Positions 52,070 through 64,000 of a stretch of 64,000 bases of DNA are shown here, one piece after another. Below the pieces are notes generated by a model. That model saw only the letters and a program-made list of their open reading frames with translations. It did no database searches and was not told the origin of the DNA. The position numbers and the translations under genes were made by a program. This DNA comes from Selaginella moellendorffii. Its lineage: Eukaryota > Plantae > Lycopodiophyta. The stretch is taken from positions 2,181,266 through 2,245,265 of the forward strand of contig NW_003314261.1 in assembly GCF_000143415.4 (NCBI RefSeq), written 5' to 3'. Within the stretch, counting starts at the first letter, position 1, and every line of letters starts with the position of its first letter.

Positions 52070-53774
52070 ATGGCGAGCGGCAAGAGGAAGATCGTAGCTG
52101 CGGTGGACGATTCCGAGGTGTCGGCGTATGCTTTCACCTGGGGGCTCCAAAATTTGGTCCGTCCCGACGATCATGTTGTGGCGATCACTGTTGCGCCTTT
52201 TGTTGGGGCCGATGTTGCGACCGCGGACATGGTTGGAGGTAATGCTGTGTGTATTTGGGGGAATGTGCTTAGAGAGTGTTGGATTGTGCTTGAAAGGGAA
52301 TGCTAGATCCATTTTTTGCTTAGCTCTTCACTTGCATTGATCTCTTCTGGTTTTCTCGCTGCTTAAGTAATGTGTTGTGTGTGCTTTTCAGAGTACACTG
52401 TTTCAATGACTCTCTCTCCAGCTGAGTCCGAGGCTGCCCAGAAGCAAGTCACGGAGAGTTCTAAGGCGCTGATTTCTAAGTATCTTAAGCAATGCGCGAA
52501 TGCCAATGTGGGTTTTTTTCGTGATTTTCGTTTCCAACCGTTTTTTTTTTTCTAGATTTCTTGCGAAGGTGAGGTGGTGAAGGGAGAACCGGGGAGCTGG
52601 ATTGTTGATGAAGCAAATCGAGTTAGAGCCGACATGGTTCTTGTTGGCAGCCATGCCTACGGACTTATCAAAAGGTTTCTAAAGCGTGATCAACAAAAGG
52701 AGAGCGTAACCTGCATTTTTCTTTTGCAGGACATTGTTGGGAAGCATTAGCGACTTTGTTCTTCACAACGCGAGCTGTACCGTCGTGATTGTTCGACAGC
52801 CGCCAGAAGCTTTAAAAGAGCATGATCCTTTGTCATCGGCGGGACTGCCTAGAAAAATCGTGATTGCCGTCGACGATTCCAAAGAGGTAAGCCAAGAGCA
52901 AGTTTCGTGCTGTGCAGAAAATTAAAAACTTTTGCAGGCTGTGCAAGCGTTTTCGTGGGCCCTTGAAAACTTCTGCAGGCCATCAGACAAAGTTGTGCTA
53001 TATCACGTTCACAATCCCGTCACTGTTCCTGTCACGGCTCTGGGAACTGGTAAGGCATTTCTCGTTTTAGTCTCTGTGTTCCTGGATGGAACATAGATTT
53101 AAGTCGAAAGCCAGAGCTGATCACTTCGTCAGGGGAATTCGGCGTAGAGGACGTTTATATAGCTCCTGGAAACGACGTCGAGGAGGAGGTGAAAGCGTCC
53201 AACGACAGCCAACTTCTCGTTGAGAGGTTCATGAAGGAAGTGCCAAAGGTGCCTCTCACTTTCAAGCTACAATGCGCTTTGACAAACTAAAAAAAAGTCG
53301 TTCTTTTCCTTTCTTGTAGGAGATTTCTTGCGAGGGAATGGTTGTCACTGGCCTGACGGAGGCTAAAGTCTGCGAGGGCCTTGTCACATTGAAAGCTGAC
53401 GCTGTTGTAATAGGAACTCAAGACCGGAGTGTTCTTTCCAGGCAAGTTTTTCTTCCCCTCTTTCGTGCTTTAAGATTTGAGTTTCTAGCTTTGTGACTTG
53501 GAATTCTTCCTCTTTCTTATGCTTTTAAGATTCGAGTTTCTAGCTTTGTGCCATAAGTTTGCTTGAAACTCCGTGGTGATTTCTCTGATCGAATTCGTGA
53601 ATTCGTAGCGCTTACTGTGGTTTTGGTGTGAGCTTGATTCATCACGAGTGACAATGATCGATGGTTTCTTTTTTATCTCTTCACAGGACGTTTCTCGGTA
53701 GCGTCAGTGACTACCTCGCGCATCACAGTCCGTGTCCACTGGTGGTAGTAAAGAGCACAAGCAAATCGGAATAG
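52070..53774 (+). CDS. Universal stress protein with two USP domains
   Basis: RKIVAAVDDS...LGSISDFVLHNASCTV, then RKIVIAVDDS...FLGSVSDYLAHHSPCPLVVVK. Confidence 0.9.
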
Positions 53775-54018
53775 AAAAAACAAAAGCAATAGTATTTATT
53801 GTTCTCAATGCCCACAAGTGGCGCTTTTGTGACCGTTGGATTTACGGTGCCAGATGCTGTGTGTTAGAGCTTAGGGTTTGGTCCTTCCTTCGAGCATGGC
53901 GAGGAAGAAGCATGTCTTGTCAGGTGACAGGAGAAGATCCAGGGCTCAAGGGAATGCCCCGCTCCCGGCATTGCGTCGCGCAATCGCGCTGTAGGTCTTC
54001 CATCCTAGGGTATCGTCT

Positions 54019-55600
54019 ATGGCGATGGCGGAGATGGCGCCAGCACAGCAGCAGCAGAAGATTGGCAAGCCGCCGTCGCCATTCGCAGCTCCAATGCAGC
54101 CGAATCAGGTATCGCTCCAGAATCACCAGCTCCAGCCCCAAATCCAGAGCCAGCAGCAGCAAATTTTGAAGCACAAGCTCAAGGAGAAGAAGATTTTCGG
54201 AGGCGGCGGCCAAGGGGCGACTGCCAGTCCTTCTCCTCCACCTCCGCCTTCTTCCGCGGTTCCTGCCGCTGCTGCTCCATCTCCTCCTCCTCCTACTCCT
54301 CCTCCGCCCGCCACTGCTGCTGCTACTGCTATTGCCGCCGCCGCCGCCGCCGCAGCTCCGCCCATGCCTGGAGGAGCCAAAGAGAAGCCCGATGCCGTGG
54401 AAGTGGAAATGGCTAGACAGGATCTAATGCGTGTGTGTAACCCAGATATCCATCGGCCATTCGTGTCCCTGGAAGACGCTTGTGAAAGGTATGCTTCCTC
54501 CATTTCTCTTTCTTGTTTAGAATTTGGTTGCCTGGTAGAAATCCTGCGAATGCTTGAGTGAATTCCAAATCTTTTGTCGATGTAGCCTTTCCTGTAGTTT
54601 GAAGTAGTCACCCAAGTTCTGATTTTGTGACGCTCAATGCTAGCTTCCTCCATTTCTTTCTCTTGTCTAGAATTTGGTTATCTGGTAGAATTCCTGCGAA
54701 TGTTTGGGCGAATTCCACCTTTGATGTCGACGTTTCTTTGAGTCTTTTCTGTAATTTGAAGTAGTCACCCAAGTTTCTTTGTTTCCGATTTTGATGCTAG
54801 CTTGGTTTCTTTCCAAAGCCTCACTTTTTTCGTTCATCAGACTTCTTCCTTACCACGTCGTAGCCGAGTACGATATGGACGAAGTGGAGGACAGGGCCAC
54901 CGACGGTCACGGCTCCGTCTCGAGAAGCCAGCTCTGGAACGAAACGCTGAGCTCCAAGAGCCGGGAATACTTCCTGGCGCTCCAGAAGCAAATCGCCATG
55001 TACAACATGATCGTGAGGAAGCGGTGGGAGGGAGAGATGCGAGGCGAGGAGCGGCTGCTTGTCGAGCAGCTCCTTCTCGAGGACGAGAAGCAGAGACTCT
55101 CGGAGCTGCGGAGCCAGATGGAGGCGGAGAAGGCAGCGGCGGAGGCCAAGATGAAAGAGGCGATCGCTCACGTAGAGAAGGTCCGAGCCGCCGAGGCACA
55201 GGCGCGAGAACAAGCAGCAGCCCAGCAGCAATCCAGCGGCGGCGGCACCGCCTCCAAAGACTCCTTCCAGGCGGCGGACATGAATCTCAACGTCGAGGCG
55301 AGCGATCCTCGCCAGGCCGACGACGCCATGCAATGGGGGTCGGACGAGGACGCCGAGGAGGAAGAAGGTGACGAAGATGGTGAGGGTGAAGGTGAAGGTG
55401 ACGGCGAGGAGGGTGACGCTGATGACGGTGAAGGTGAGGGCGAGGAGGGGGACGTGGAAGAAGACGAGGGTGACGGTGACGGTGATGGTGATGGTGACGG
55501 TGACTCTGAGGACGAGGAGGATGGGAATGCCATGCAAGGTGGGAGCTGGAGCCGTGGAGCCCAATTCGATCTAAACACGAGGAGTGGGATTTCTAGATGA
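54019..55600 (+). CDS. GLTSCR1/BICRA-domain protein, 2 exons, acidic tail
   Basis: ARQDLMRVCNPDIHRPFVSLEDACER|LLPYHV; Q/P/A-rich N-terminus; D/E/G-rich C-terminus. Confidence 0.85.
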
Positions 55601-55781
55601 TAGAGAGAAGATATCGCTGTATTTTTTAACCGCTAGGATCTAACCAAAAACCCATTTTGCTCTGTCTAAAAGTAGCAATCTCTACGCTAGGGGAAACGCT
55701 CATTTCGCCGCGTACGCGGGATTTTAAAAAGCTCGTGGATATTCTAGGGCTTTAAGGAATTTCCCCTTGTTTCTTCCAGCT

Positions 55782-58489
55782 ATGGGGGACGAAGAGCAAG
55801 GGCGGGAGAGAGGGGGAATGTGGAGCCTTGATCAGATTGATCAGCCGCTTGGCGACGATGCGGCGCGAGTCCAGAGCATGCAAGCGCCGCCAAAGGTAAA
55901 GGGATAATTGGCCGATTTTCTCCCTGTCCCATGCCTGATTCGAGCTAGAATTTCTCCAGAGGGTTTCCACCGCCGCGACGCTGCGCCTGGCGTTCCTCAG
56001 CCTTGGTGTGGTCTATGGCGACATCGGGACATCGCCGCTCTACGTCTTCTCCAATATCTTCCCGGATGGGATCCAGCACCGCGAGGACGTGCTGGGAGCG
56101 CTGTCGCTGATCGTCTACACCATCACTCTGATTGCTCTGGTCAAGTACGTTTTTATCGCGCTACGATCGGGAGACAATGGAGAAGGTATTTCTCATCGCT
56201 AGACGGTGATTTAAACTTTGTGGATTCCTTTTCTTTCCAGGCGGGACTTTTGCCCTGTACTCTTTGATATGCAGGCATGTCAAAGTTAACACTATCTCCA
56301 ACCAGCATCCCACTGATCGGGAGCTTACCACGTATAGTTTCCGGGCAGTGCCCGAGAAGTCTCATGCTCACAAAGTAAAGGTGGCTTTGGAGAAAAGCCA
56401 AACTTTGCAAAAGATCCTGCTTGTTCTAGTCCTACTCGGCACAAGCATGGTTATCGGTGATGGAATGCTATCTCCAGCTATATCAGGTTCGTCCCTTGAT
56501 TTTTTTCTAGAGGGAAACGTTGCCGATGCTCGTCATTTTGCAGTGCTTTCGTCTGTGAGAGGACTCCGAGTTGCTCATTTGTCCGTCTCTGATGGTCAGT
56601 CTTGCCGTGATGTTTTCCTTGAGTGAAGATTAATCTGAGCTTTGTTACAGATGCTATCTTGGTTCTGGCATTGGTGATTTTAGTTGGACTCTTTTGCATG
56701 CAACGCATTGGAACTGCCAGAGTTGGATTCATGTTTGCTCCAATTATCTTCGTCTGGTTTCTTGCAATTGGTGCGCTTGGCGTTTACAACATCGTCGTTC
56801 ATGATCCATCTATATTCAAGGCCCTCAACCCGCACTACATCATTCGCTATTTCGGAAGGCAGAAGACCAGAGGCTGGGAGTCACTTGGAGGAGTTTTTCT
56901 GGCTATAACAGGTCTGCTGACACATCTTTCTCCTTAAAATCTTGACATCTTAACATTTATGACAGGTGCCGAAGCTTTGTTTGCTGACCTTGGCCACTTC
57001 TCAGCTTCCTCGATCCAAGTGAGTGTCCTGGATCGTTATATTTTTTTTGGTTTTAATTCTTGATTTATGCAGCTGGCTTTTACTGGAATGGTGTTCCCTT
57101 GTCTATTAGCAGCATACATGGGACAAGCTGCATATCTCATGAAGTTACCCGACGACGTGAACGACGCTTTCTACAAGTCTATACCGAAAACACCAGCAGT
57201 TTACTGGCCTGTGTTTGTAATCGCAACGGCGTCTGCAGTCATTGCGAGCCAAGCAACGATCTCTGCAACTTTTTCCATCATAAAGCAGGCCGTGGCTTTG
57301 GGTTGCTTCCCGCGGGTCAAGATTGTTCACACTTCGTACAAGTACCTTGGCCAGGTCTATATTCCCGAAGTCAACTGGTTGCTTATGGTTGCGTGCCTGG
57401 TGATAACCGCTGGGTTTAGAGAAACAATGCAGATAGCAAATGCTTATGGTAAGCTCACTTCAAATGCTTTGGATTATATGCTGATATATTTTTACAGGGA
57501 TTGCTGTTGTGGGAGTGATGCTTGTCACCACTCTACTAATGGCTCTCGTCATGCTCATCATCTGGCAAAGAAACCTGTTGCTGGTTCTGGCATTTCTCGT
57601 GGTGTTTGGCTCCCTCGAGTCCACTTACATCTCAGCTGTTCTCGTCAAGGTGGAGAAGGGAGGCTGGGTACCTCTGGCAATTGGAGCCTTTCTGCTCATT
57701 GTCATGTACACATGGCACTATGGAACCACTGAACGGCACAGCTTCGAACTCCAGAACAAAGTTTCTCTCGGTTGGATCCTTCGGCTTGGCCCGGGGCTCG
57801 GCATGGTCCGACTTCCAGGAATCGGTCTCTTTTACACGGAGCTCGCTCACGGGGTACCTTCCATTTTCTCTCATTTTCTCACGCACTTTCCAGCGATCCA
57901 CTCAATTCTCATGTTCGTCTGCGTCAAGTATCTCCCAGTGAGCACGGTCCCGAAAGCCGAGCGGTTCCACATTCGGAGAATAGGCCCCAGGGAGTTTCGG
58001 ATGTACCGCTGCGCAGTGCGATATGGCTACAAGGACCTCCACAAAAAGGACGACGAGTTCGACGAGCTCCTCTTCCAGGCGCTCCGCTCTTTTGTCCGCT
58101 ACGAGTCCATGGTGGGAAGTGTGGAAAACTCCGACGACAGCATCGAGAGCTCCCGGGTGATATCAGCGGAGCCGACGAGATCAAACATCGACTCGGTTAT
58201 GATCAGCACAGCAGGCTCGCTGGACGAGATCCATCGCCGATCATCGGTTTGCTCCTCCAGGGGTGACGAGGAAGACGAGGGCGATTTTCTAGGCAGGGCC
58301 AGGCAAGATGGGATCGTGCATATCATGGGAAACACCGTGATGAGGGCCCGCGAAGCGTCGAGCTTTTGGAAGAGAGTTGCGATAAACTTTGGTTACAGCT
58401 TCCTCCGGAGGATTTGTAGAGGCAGCAGCGTCGTTTATCACATCCCTCACGAGAGCTTGCTTCACGTTGGCGTGGTATATGATGTTTAG
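55782..58489 (+). CDS. HAK/KUP/KT potassium transporter
   Basis: [13 protein letters not shown]; [12 protein letters not shown]; [14 protein letters not shown]; [10 protein letters not shown]; RYGYKD. Confidence 0.96.
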
Positions 58490-58916
58490 CTCAATGTTAG
58501 CAACAATCCTGGAGGCAACTGTAAATTTTATCCAAACAGCTCGGATGGATCTCAAAAGAGCCTCCTCGTTCACGAATGTTCTTTAGTATAAACCACGAAG
58601 ATTTGCTTGCACGTTTTAATTCTAGATTTTAGATTCATTCAAGGTCGTGAGCCCCAAGATTTATTTCACAACTGCCGGGATTTCATCCTCGTCCATGCCC
58701 CGAGAACATAGCCATTAAAGGTCAGGAACATGAACCAGTGCGTCATCTTGCGGGTTTCATTGGCTGGGTCCTTGTCATCGGCCGGAAACAAGCTCTCGTG
58801 TTATTAGGGCTTTAGGGTTCTTGAAATGTGTGCCAGCTGACTTAACAATACATTTGCTATTAATGTTTTTTCCACAAAATCCAAAAAGAAGTGGAGGTTA
58901 TTTACGCCCTTTGCTT

Positions 58917-60192
58917 TTACTCCTCGGCGAATCCAAGCTCCGAGAGCTTGAGGTGGGCTTCGGTGTAATCCTTGAAGAACGCCTCCTCGTCCTGTTCCAA
59001 GCGAAATTTATCTCTTGATCACGCAGAGTTCTAAGCGGAGATTTCTCTTTACCTTGGCGTAGAGCTCCACGAGCGGGCGGAATGAGGGATCCTCCACGAG
59101 AACTTTGTCGGTTGGGAGAGTGAGGATGCCTTCCTGCTCACCGCTCAGCAGTATCCTGGAGCAAACACGATTACATCGGAAAGAAAGAAAAGTGAAATCG
59201 ATCGGCTTACGTGAAGTAGGAGTTGTCAAACTGGAGAGGGTTGTGCGTCCATGGGCCCTCAAACCCGGATCGTTCCTTGTGTGCTCTTCCCTGGACAAAC
59301 ACACCGAAGTTTCGTAAGATTTTTTTCTTCTCTGAGACTGATACAGCTTACCAGAGTGTGACCGCCAGAGAGAGCCACGATGTCCTTGTCCGTGAGACCC
59401 ATATGCTTCACAAACACGTCTCTGAGATGATCCGCGCCCTTGGTAGCATCTGGAAGCCGTCCCTCCATTGGGCATGTTGGCTTGTCCTGTATCCATCCAA
59501 GGCATTGCTTGGTTACATCATTCCACGAGAAACCAATTGAAAATCGAATATCAAAACTCACCACTCTCCCGGGATGGAATGGAATCTCGGGGCCACCAGT
59601 GACTTCCACAGCAACGACTCCCGCAAGCTGTAAAAAAATAATCTATAAGAACCAAGTCTTATCGAAATGGCACTAATTCCAGACACTATCTTTCGAGATA
59701 GGTAGCGTCACAGCACTAAAGGGAAAAACCAAACGAAGGAAAGCAAACAAAGGACCTGATAGAAGTCGCCATAGCTCAAGATGGGGAACTGGTCCTTGAT
59801 TGGCTGTAGCAGCTTCACGGCGATGTCGAGACCATTGTTCGCGGTATGGCCAAGCTCCTCAGCGAGCTTCATGGTGCCAAAAGGACCACCGGTCTTGGAC
59901 TGGCAATCGTAAGTTCCCGCCGAGTGCCATCTATTCCACAAAGCGAGCCGTGAGCTTTACAAGAAGAGGCGAAACCAAAGAAAAAGAGGACAAGAGACTT
60001 ACGCAAGGCGGAGCATCAATGGCGCACAGTTCTTCTCTGCGAGAAAAGATCGGAAACAAAGGGTCAGAAAGACTAGAAATTTTCAAGCTTCGATCCGCCG
60101 ATCTTGCCTGCGATGAAGCCGCGGAGCTTCCTCTTGGCCTTCTCCACGGCGGCCTTGTACTCCTCGCTCACGGCCGGGTAAGATTTTCCCAT
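58917..60192 (-). CDS. APX1: Cytosolic ascorbate peroxidase
   Basis: [12 protein letters not shown]; WHSAGTYD...GGPFGT; [10 protein letters not shown]; [11 protein letters not shown]; [12 protein letters not shown]. Confidence 0.95.
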
Positions 60193-60527
60193 CCTACTCC
60201 AAGGCGCGGCGTCAGAGGGATGGAATCGCGAAGCGCAAGCGCTGATTTACCTGATTCACAATCCCGATCGAAGAATGCGCCTTCTCTCCTCGCCCTTCCC
60301 TCGAAGACGCAGCAGCAACACAAAAGGAGTGTGAGGGCCACGAGCCTCTTTTAAAGCATCCCAGCCGTCCCGACAGATTAGATCCAACGGTGGAGAGCTA
60401 TATTTACGACACTGCCCCTCAGCCGTCCGATTTGACCAATCGGACGGCTGCCTCTAGAAACATCTACCTTGACTTTACCCTAATGCCGAACAAATTAGAA
60501 TATTCCCCAGCGAAATAGAAATTATCT

Positions 60528-61639
60528 TTAATAGTAGTCTACCATTTTGTCACTACGCTTTGGTTTTCTTTTGGGGCCCCTGTATCTTCCATTTTCATAA
60601 GCGGCGCGCGCGATCAGGCCTTGGATCGTCGTAAAATCGTTGGAGTTGTAAGGATCGATCGAAGCTCTAGCAAAACCACAGACGATTCAAGAACCCACGA
60701 AGTAAAACGCGTGAAGAATTTAATGTTTTACCTGTGAAGCAAGTCTCGCAGGACTTTCCCTTGTTCTTCGGTTACGTAGTGGATGCAATTTCTCGGGCAC
60801 TGGCCGACGGCTAGCTGCACAGAGTAGTCGCCACTTCTTCCTGGATTTTCACACAGATGGGATTCGACCAGGCTAAGTAGCTCGTTTTAAGTTATGCCGA
60901 AGCAAAGAAAGGATTACCTTGAACAACAGCTTGAGCTCGTCCAGTTTCTGGATTGTATCTAAACACTGATGGAGCTCGCTCCACGCAAGAGTAAGGACAG
61001 CCTGATTTTTCGAAGGAAAACAACGAAGTTAAGATCAATCACACGAAAGATAAAAGCTTGCGAACCTTTTCCAATGCAGAGAAGCTCATTCACAAAGATA
61101 TCATTGGCTTCTCCTTCCGGCTCTTGGAAAGGATCGAGAGATCTCCTGCATTGATCAATCGAAATGTAGCAAAGAACGAGGAGAGAAAAGAACCACGAAC
61201 CTCTTTTGTCCAATGCTTGGTTTAGTCTCCAGCGAGAGCTCCTGCAAAGAATTTCTAACCGAGGTTCTATCAAAAAAACTCTTTCTAACGAGTGAACAAA
61301 AGATGTGCTCACCTCGTAAGCCCGAATCAGGCACTGTGTGATGGCCTCCGGATCCTCGGCGCCTCGATACACATCTGGGTGGTACTCCTTCACCTGGAAA
61401 TCCGCGAAATCCATCACACAAAACCCTAGAGCCTCTCTCTCACAAACCTTGGATCGAAATGCCGCCTTGACATCGTCCAAGCCAAATCCTCGCGCTGCCG
61501 AGAGCCCCAAGATCTCGTGTGGCGCCGCGCTCCTCATCCACGATAGAAGACCGGATTTTCCATCCCTAGAAGCCGCGCAGCGCACCAGAGAGCCTCGTCT
61601 AGCCCACGCATTGCCGCCATAGCAAAGAGAAATCTCCAT
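60528..61639 (-). CDS. DnaJ-ferredoxin protein (DJC82-like, plastid)
   Basis: VKEYHPDVY; DIFVNELLCIGKGC; AVGQCPRNCIHYVT; C-terminus YENGRY...VDYY*. Confidence 0.88.
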
Positions 61640-61791
61640 AGTGACAAGAATATTCCTCTTCATATTAATAAGCTGACGTGTACAGTCCACGTGGCAGGAT
61701 TAACGTTACGAGATCGGGCGGCTATAGTTGCTTGTTCTAGATTCTTCACGCGTGGGTTTAGGGTTTAGGCGGTTTTCTTCCTCTCGGCGCA

Positions 61792-63017
61792 ATGAGGCAA
61801 GCGGTGGGAGCACTATTGCGGCAGGGCTGGAGGCGCACGAGATCGTCCTCGTCGCTGCTGCAATCGTTCCGGGCAGCCGATTCTCCTCGCCAGGTATCGC
61901 ATTTGCTCGATTGAATAGGGTTTTTCCAAAATCTTAAAGAACAACTGTGGTAACTGCAGCAATGGCTTGCTTGCATTCCTCCTCCGTCGTCACGGATCTC
62001 ACCGGCACAATCATTTCACACAGCCCATTTTTCTTCTGCAGCCGTGAATTCTTCCTCCTCGAAAGAGGGGCGGCCGGGATCGGCCGAGGAGCCCCCAGTG
62101 GAGGATAAAACCGAGCCAGTCTCAAAGTCTGGGAAGGATGAGAAGAAGGCGACAGGAAAAGCCGCCACCGCCAGCGGTGGCGAAGGTGGTGCTAAAGGCG
62201 GCGATGGTGAGAGGAAACAGCCGGGAGCTGCCGATGACAAGAAAGTGCCCGAGACAGCCGAGCAGAAGCTGCTGAAAGAGATCAGGAAGTTCGAGCAGCA
62301 GCTTCGAGAAAAGGACTCGATTATCGAGGAGAAGGATGAACTTGTGAAGGAGCTCAAGGACAGTGTTCTTCGTGGCCTTGCGGAGCTGGAGAACTACAGA
62401 GAAAGGGCAAAGCGAGAGCAAGAGAGCTCTCGCAAGTTCGCCGTCCAGGTATGGTTTCTCTTCCTTTTCTTCTGTTCTCTCGTTCCATTTGTTTTGGTTG
62501 AGTCGAGGCTTACAAATTTTTCGATCTGTTCAGAGCTTTTCGAAGGATTTGCTTGACGTTTCGGACAATCTCTCGAGAGCTTTGTCGTCCGTTGGACAGC
62601 CCAAGGACGCGGAGGAAGCCAAGAAGCTCCTCGACACTCTTTTAGCAGGAGTGAAGATGACCGAGAAGCAACTAATGCAGGTATGGAAAAGAAGTTTTGA
62701 TCGATTGTTTCCGCGGTTATCATTCGCTCTCTCTCTCTCTCTCCCTCAGGTTCTCAAAAAGTATGGAGTCGAGCGATTCGACCCGACTGGCGAGCCTTTC
62801 GATCCAAATGTGCACCTCGCGGTCTGCGAGATTGCTGATCCCAGCAAGCCCGCCGGCACCGTCGCCAACGTTTTCAAGGTGTCCACGAGAGTTTTCTTCC
62901 CCATGGTTGTTTTTCTAAGGAGATGGTTTGTTCTTCCAGGTTGGATACTTACTCCACGAAAGAGTTCTCAGGCCCGCTGAAGTTGCTGTAGTGAAAGCCG
63001 TGGAAGCTGCCGCTTAG
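61792..63017 (+). CDS. GrpE nucleotide exchange factor (mitochondrial type)
   Basis: Arg-rich presequence; LRGLAELENYRER; FAVQSFSKDLLDVSDNL; FDPTGEPFDPNVH.AV; GYLLHERVLRPAEV. Confidence 0.93.
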
Positions 63018-63149
63018 AGAGAAATTTTTTGCTTGGCAATAAGCTTTAGAGAAAGTGTTTAATTGAGAACAAACTTTTGTTTCTGCCCTAAAGGAATCTA
63101 ACTGGAGGATATTCTGTCTAAACCCTAGGGAGGTTTAGGGCGTATCAAA

Positions 63150-64000
63150 ATGGCGAAGACGAAGAAGGAGGCTGCGCGGACGCCGTCGCGCGGTGGGAAG
63201 CCCAAACATTCGCTCGATGCAAATAGGCGCGATGGCGGATCCGGCGCCGCGGGAATGCGCAGCTCCGCGACCGTCCGGCGGCTCAATATGTATCAGTCTC
63301 GTCCCAGGCGCGACAGCAAGGGGAAGGTTTTGCATCACGAGCTCCAGTCCAAGGATCTGCCGTCGACGAGGATTCAGCCCGATAGGCGATGGTTTGGTGA
63401 GTGATGAATTTTCCAAGATGTATTTGCTTGATTGGGAAAAATGTGGTATGAAGGGAATACGAGGGTCGTCGGGCAGAAGGAGCTGGAAACGTTCCGGGAA
63501 GAAATGCGTACCAGAGTGTCGAACGCCTACACTGTTATTTTAAAGCAGAAGAAATTGCCGATGGCACTCTTGACTGATCGACCAAAGGTTTGCCTAAAGT
63601 TTTTTTTTTTTCCATTCCTTTGAGCATGACAATTGTTTTTCTTTGTAGCAAGCGAGGGTTCATCTTTTAGATACCGAAAAGTTTGAAGACACATTCGGTC
63701 CCAAGAAGAAAAGGAAGCGTCCCAAACTCGGTGTTGATGATTATACTAGCCTGGTGCAAAAATGTGCCAACACACAAGGTGAGTGAAAAGCGAAATACTG
63801 GCATGCTTCCTTCTGATCTTACATCTTTCAGAGGAGCACGAAAAGAGTCTTGAGGATGTTACCAAAAAGAAGAGTACAGCGATGACCGAAACGGATGGCT
63901 TGCGTGACCAAGTGAGGCATACAATGTTTGAGAAAGGCCAGAGCAAGCGTATCTGGGGGGAACTATACAAAGTTATTGACTCTTCTGACGTGGTTGTCCA
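63150..64000 (+). CDS. NUG2: Nucleolar GTPase 2 (5' part; runs off the window)
   Basis: [13 protein letters not shown]; [14 protein letters not shown]; [24 protein letters not shown]. Confidence 0.95.

Overview
Plant nuclear DNA. The compact genes with ~50-nt GT-AG introns and GC-rich exons suggest a lycophyte such as Selaginella; this is an inference. The window has two halves. Positions 1-30 kb are a transposon island: a decayed Mutator transposase, Cassandra (5S-derived) and other TRIMs, and nested Ty3/gypsy chromovirus and LTR debris. Positions 31-64 kb hold 16 densely packed conserved genes: TSJT1-like, R2R3-MYB, GCN5, DnaJ-DUF1977, GT77, listerin, CCT, RACK1, EXO70A, USP, GLTSCR1-domain, HAK/KUP, cytosolic APX, DnaJ-ferredoxin, GrpE and NOG2. 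The standout is a ~13.9-kb DNA transposon at 5636-19525, bounded by 24-bp terminal inverted repeats and flanked by TATA on both sides. It carries two divergent genes. One is a Sola1-like DDD transposase with extra domains. The other is a large spliced cargo gene that appears to fuse a ParB-like domain, a degenerate beta-class DNA-methyltransferase-like domain and an FCP1-type HAD phosphatase. About 25 copies of a 22-bp palindrome (ATGGCRTGwGGCCwCAYGCCAT) are spread through the element, many inside its tiny introns, and I found no full copy elsewhere in the window. This suggests a parS-like or anti-silencing protein-plus-cis-site system. Domain calls come from reading motifs by eye, not from database searches.
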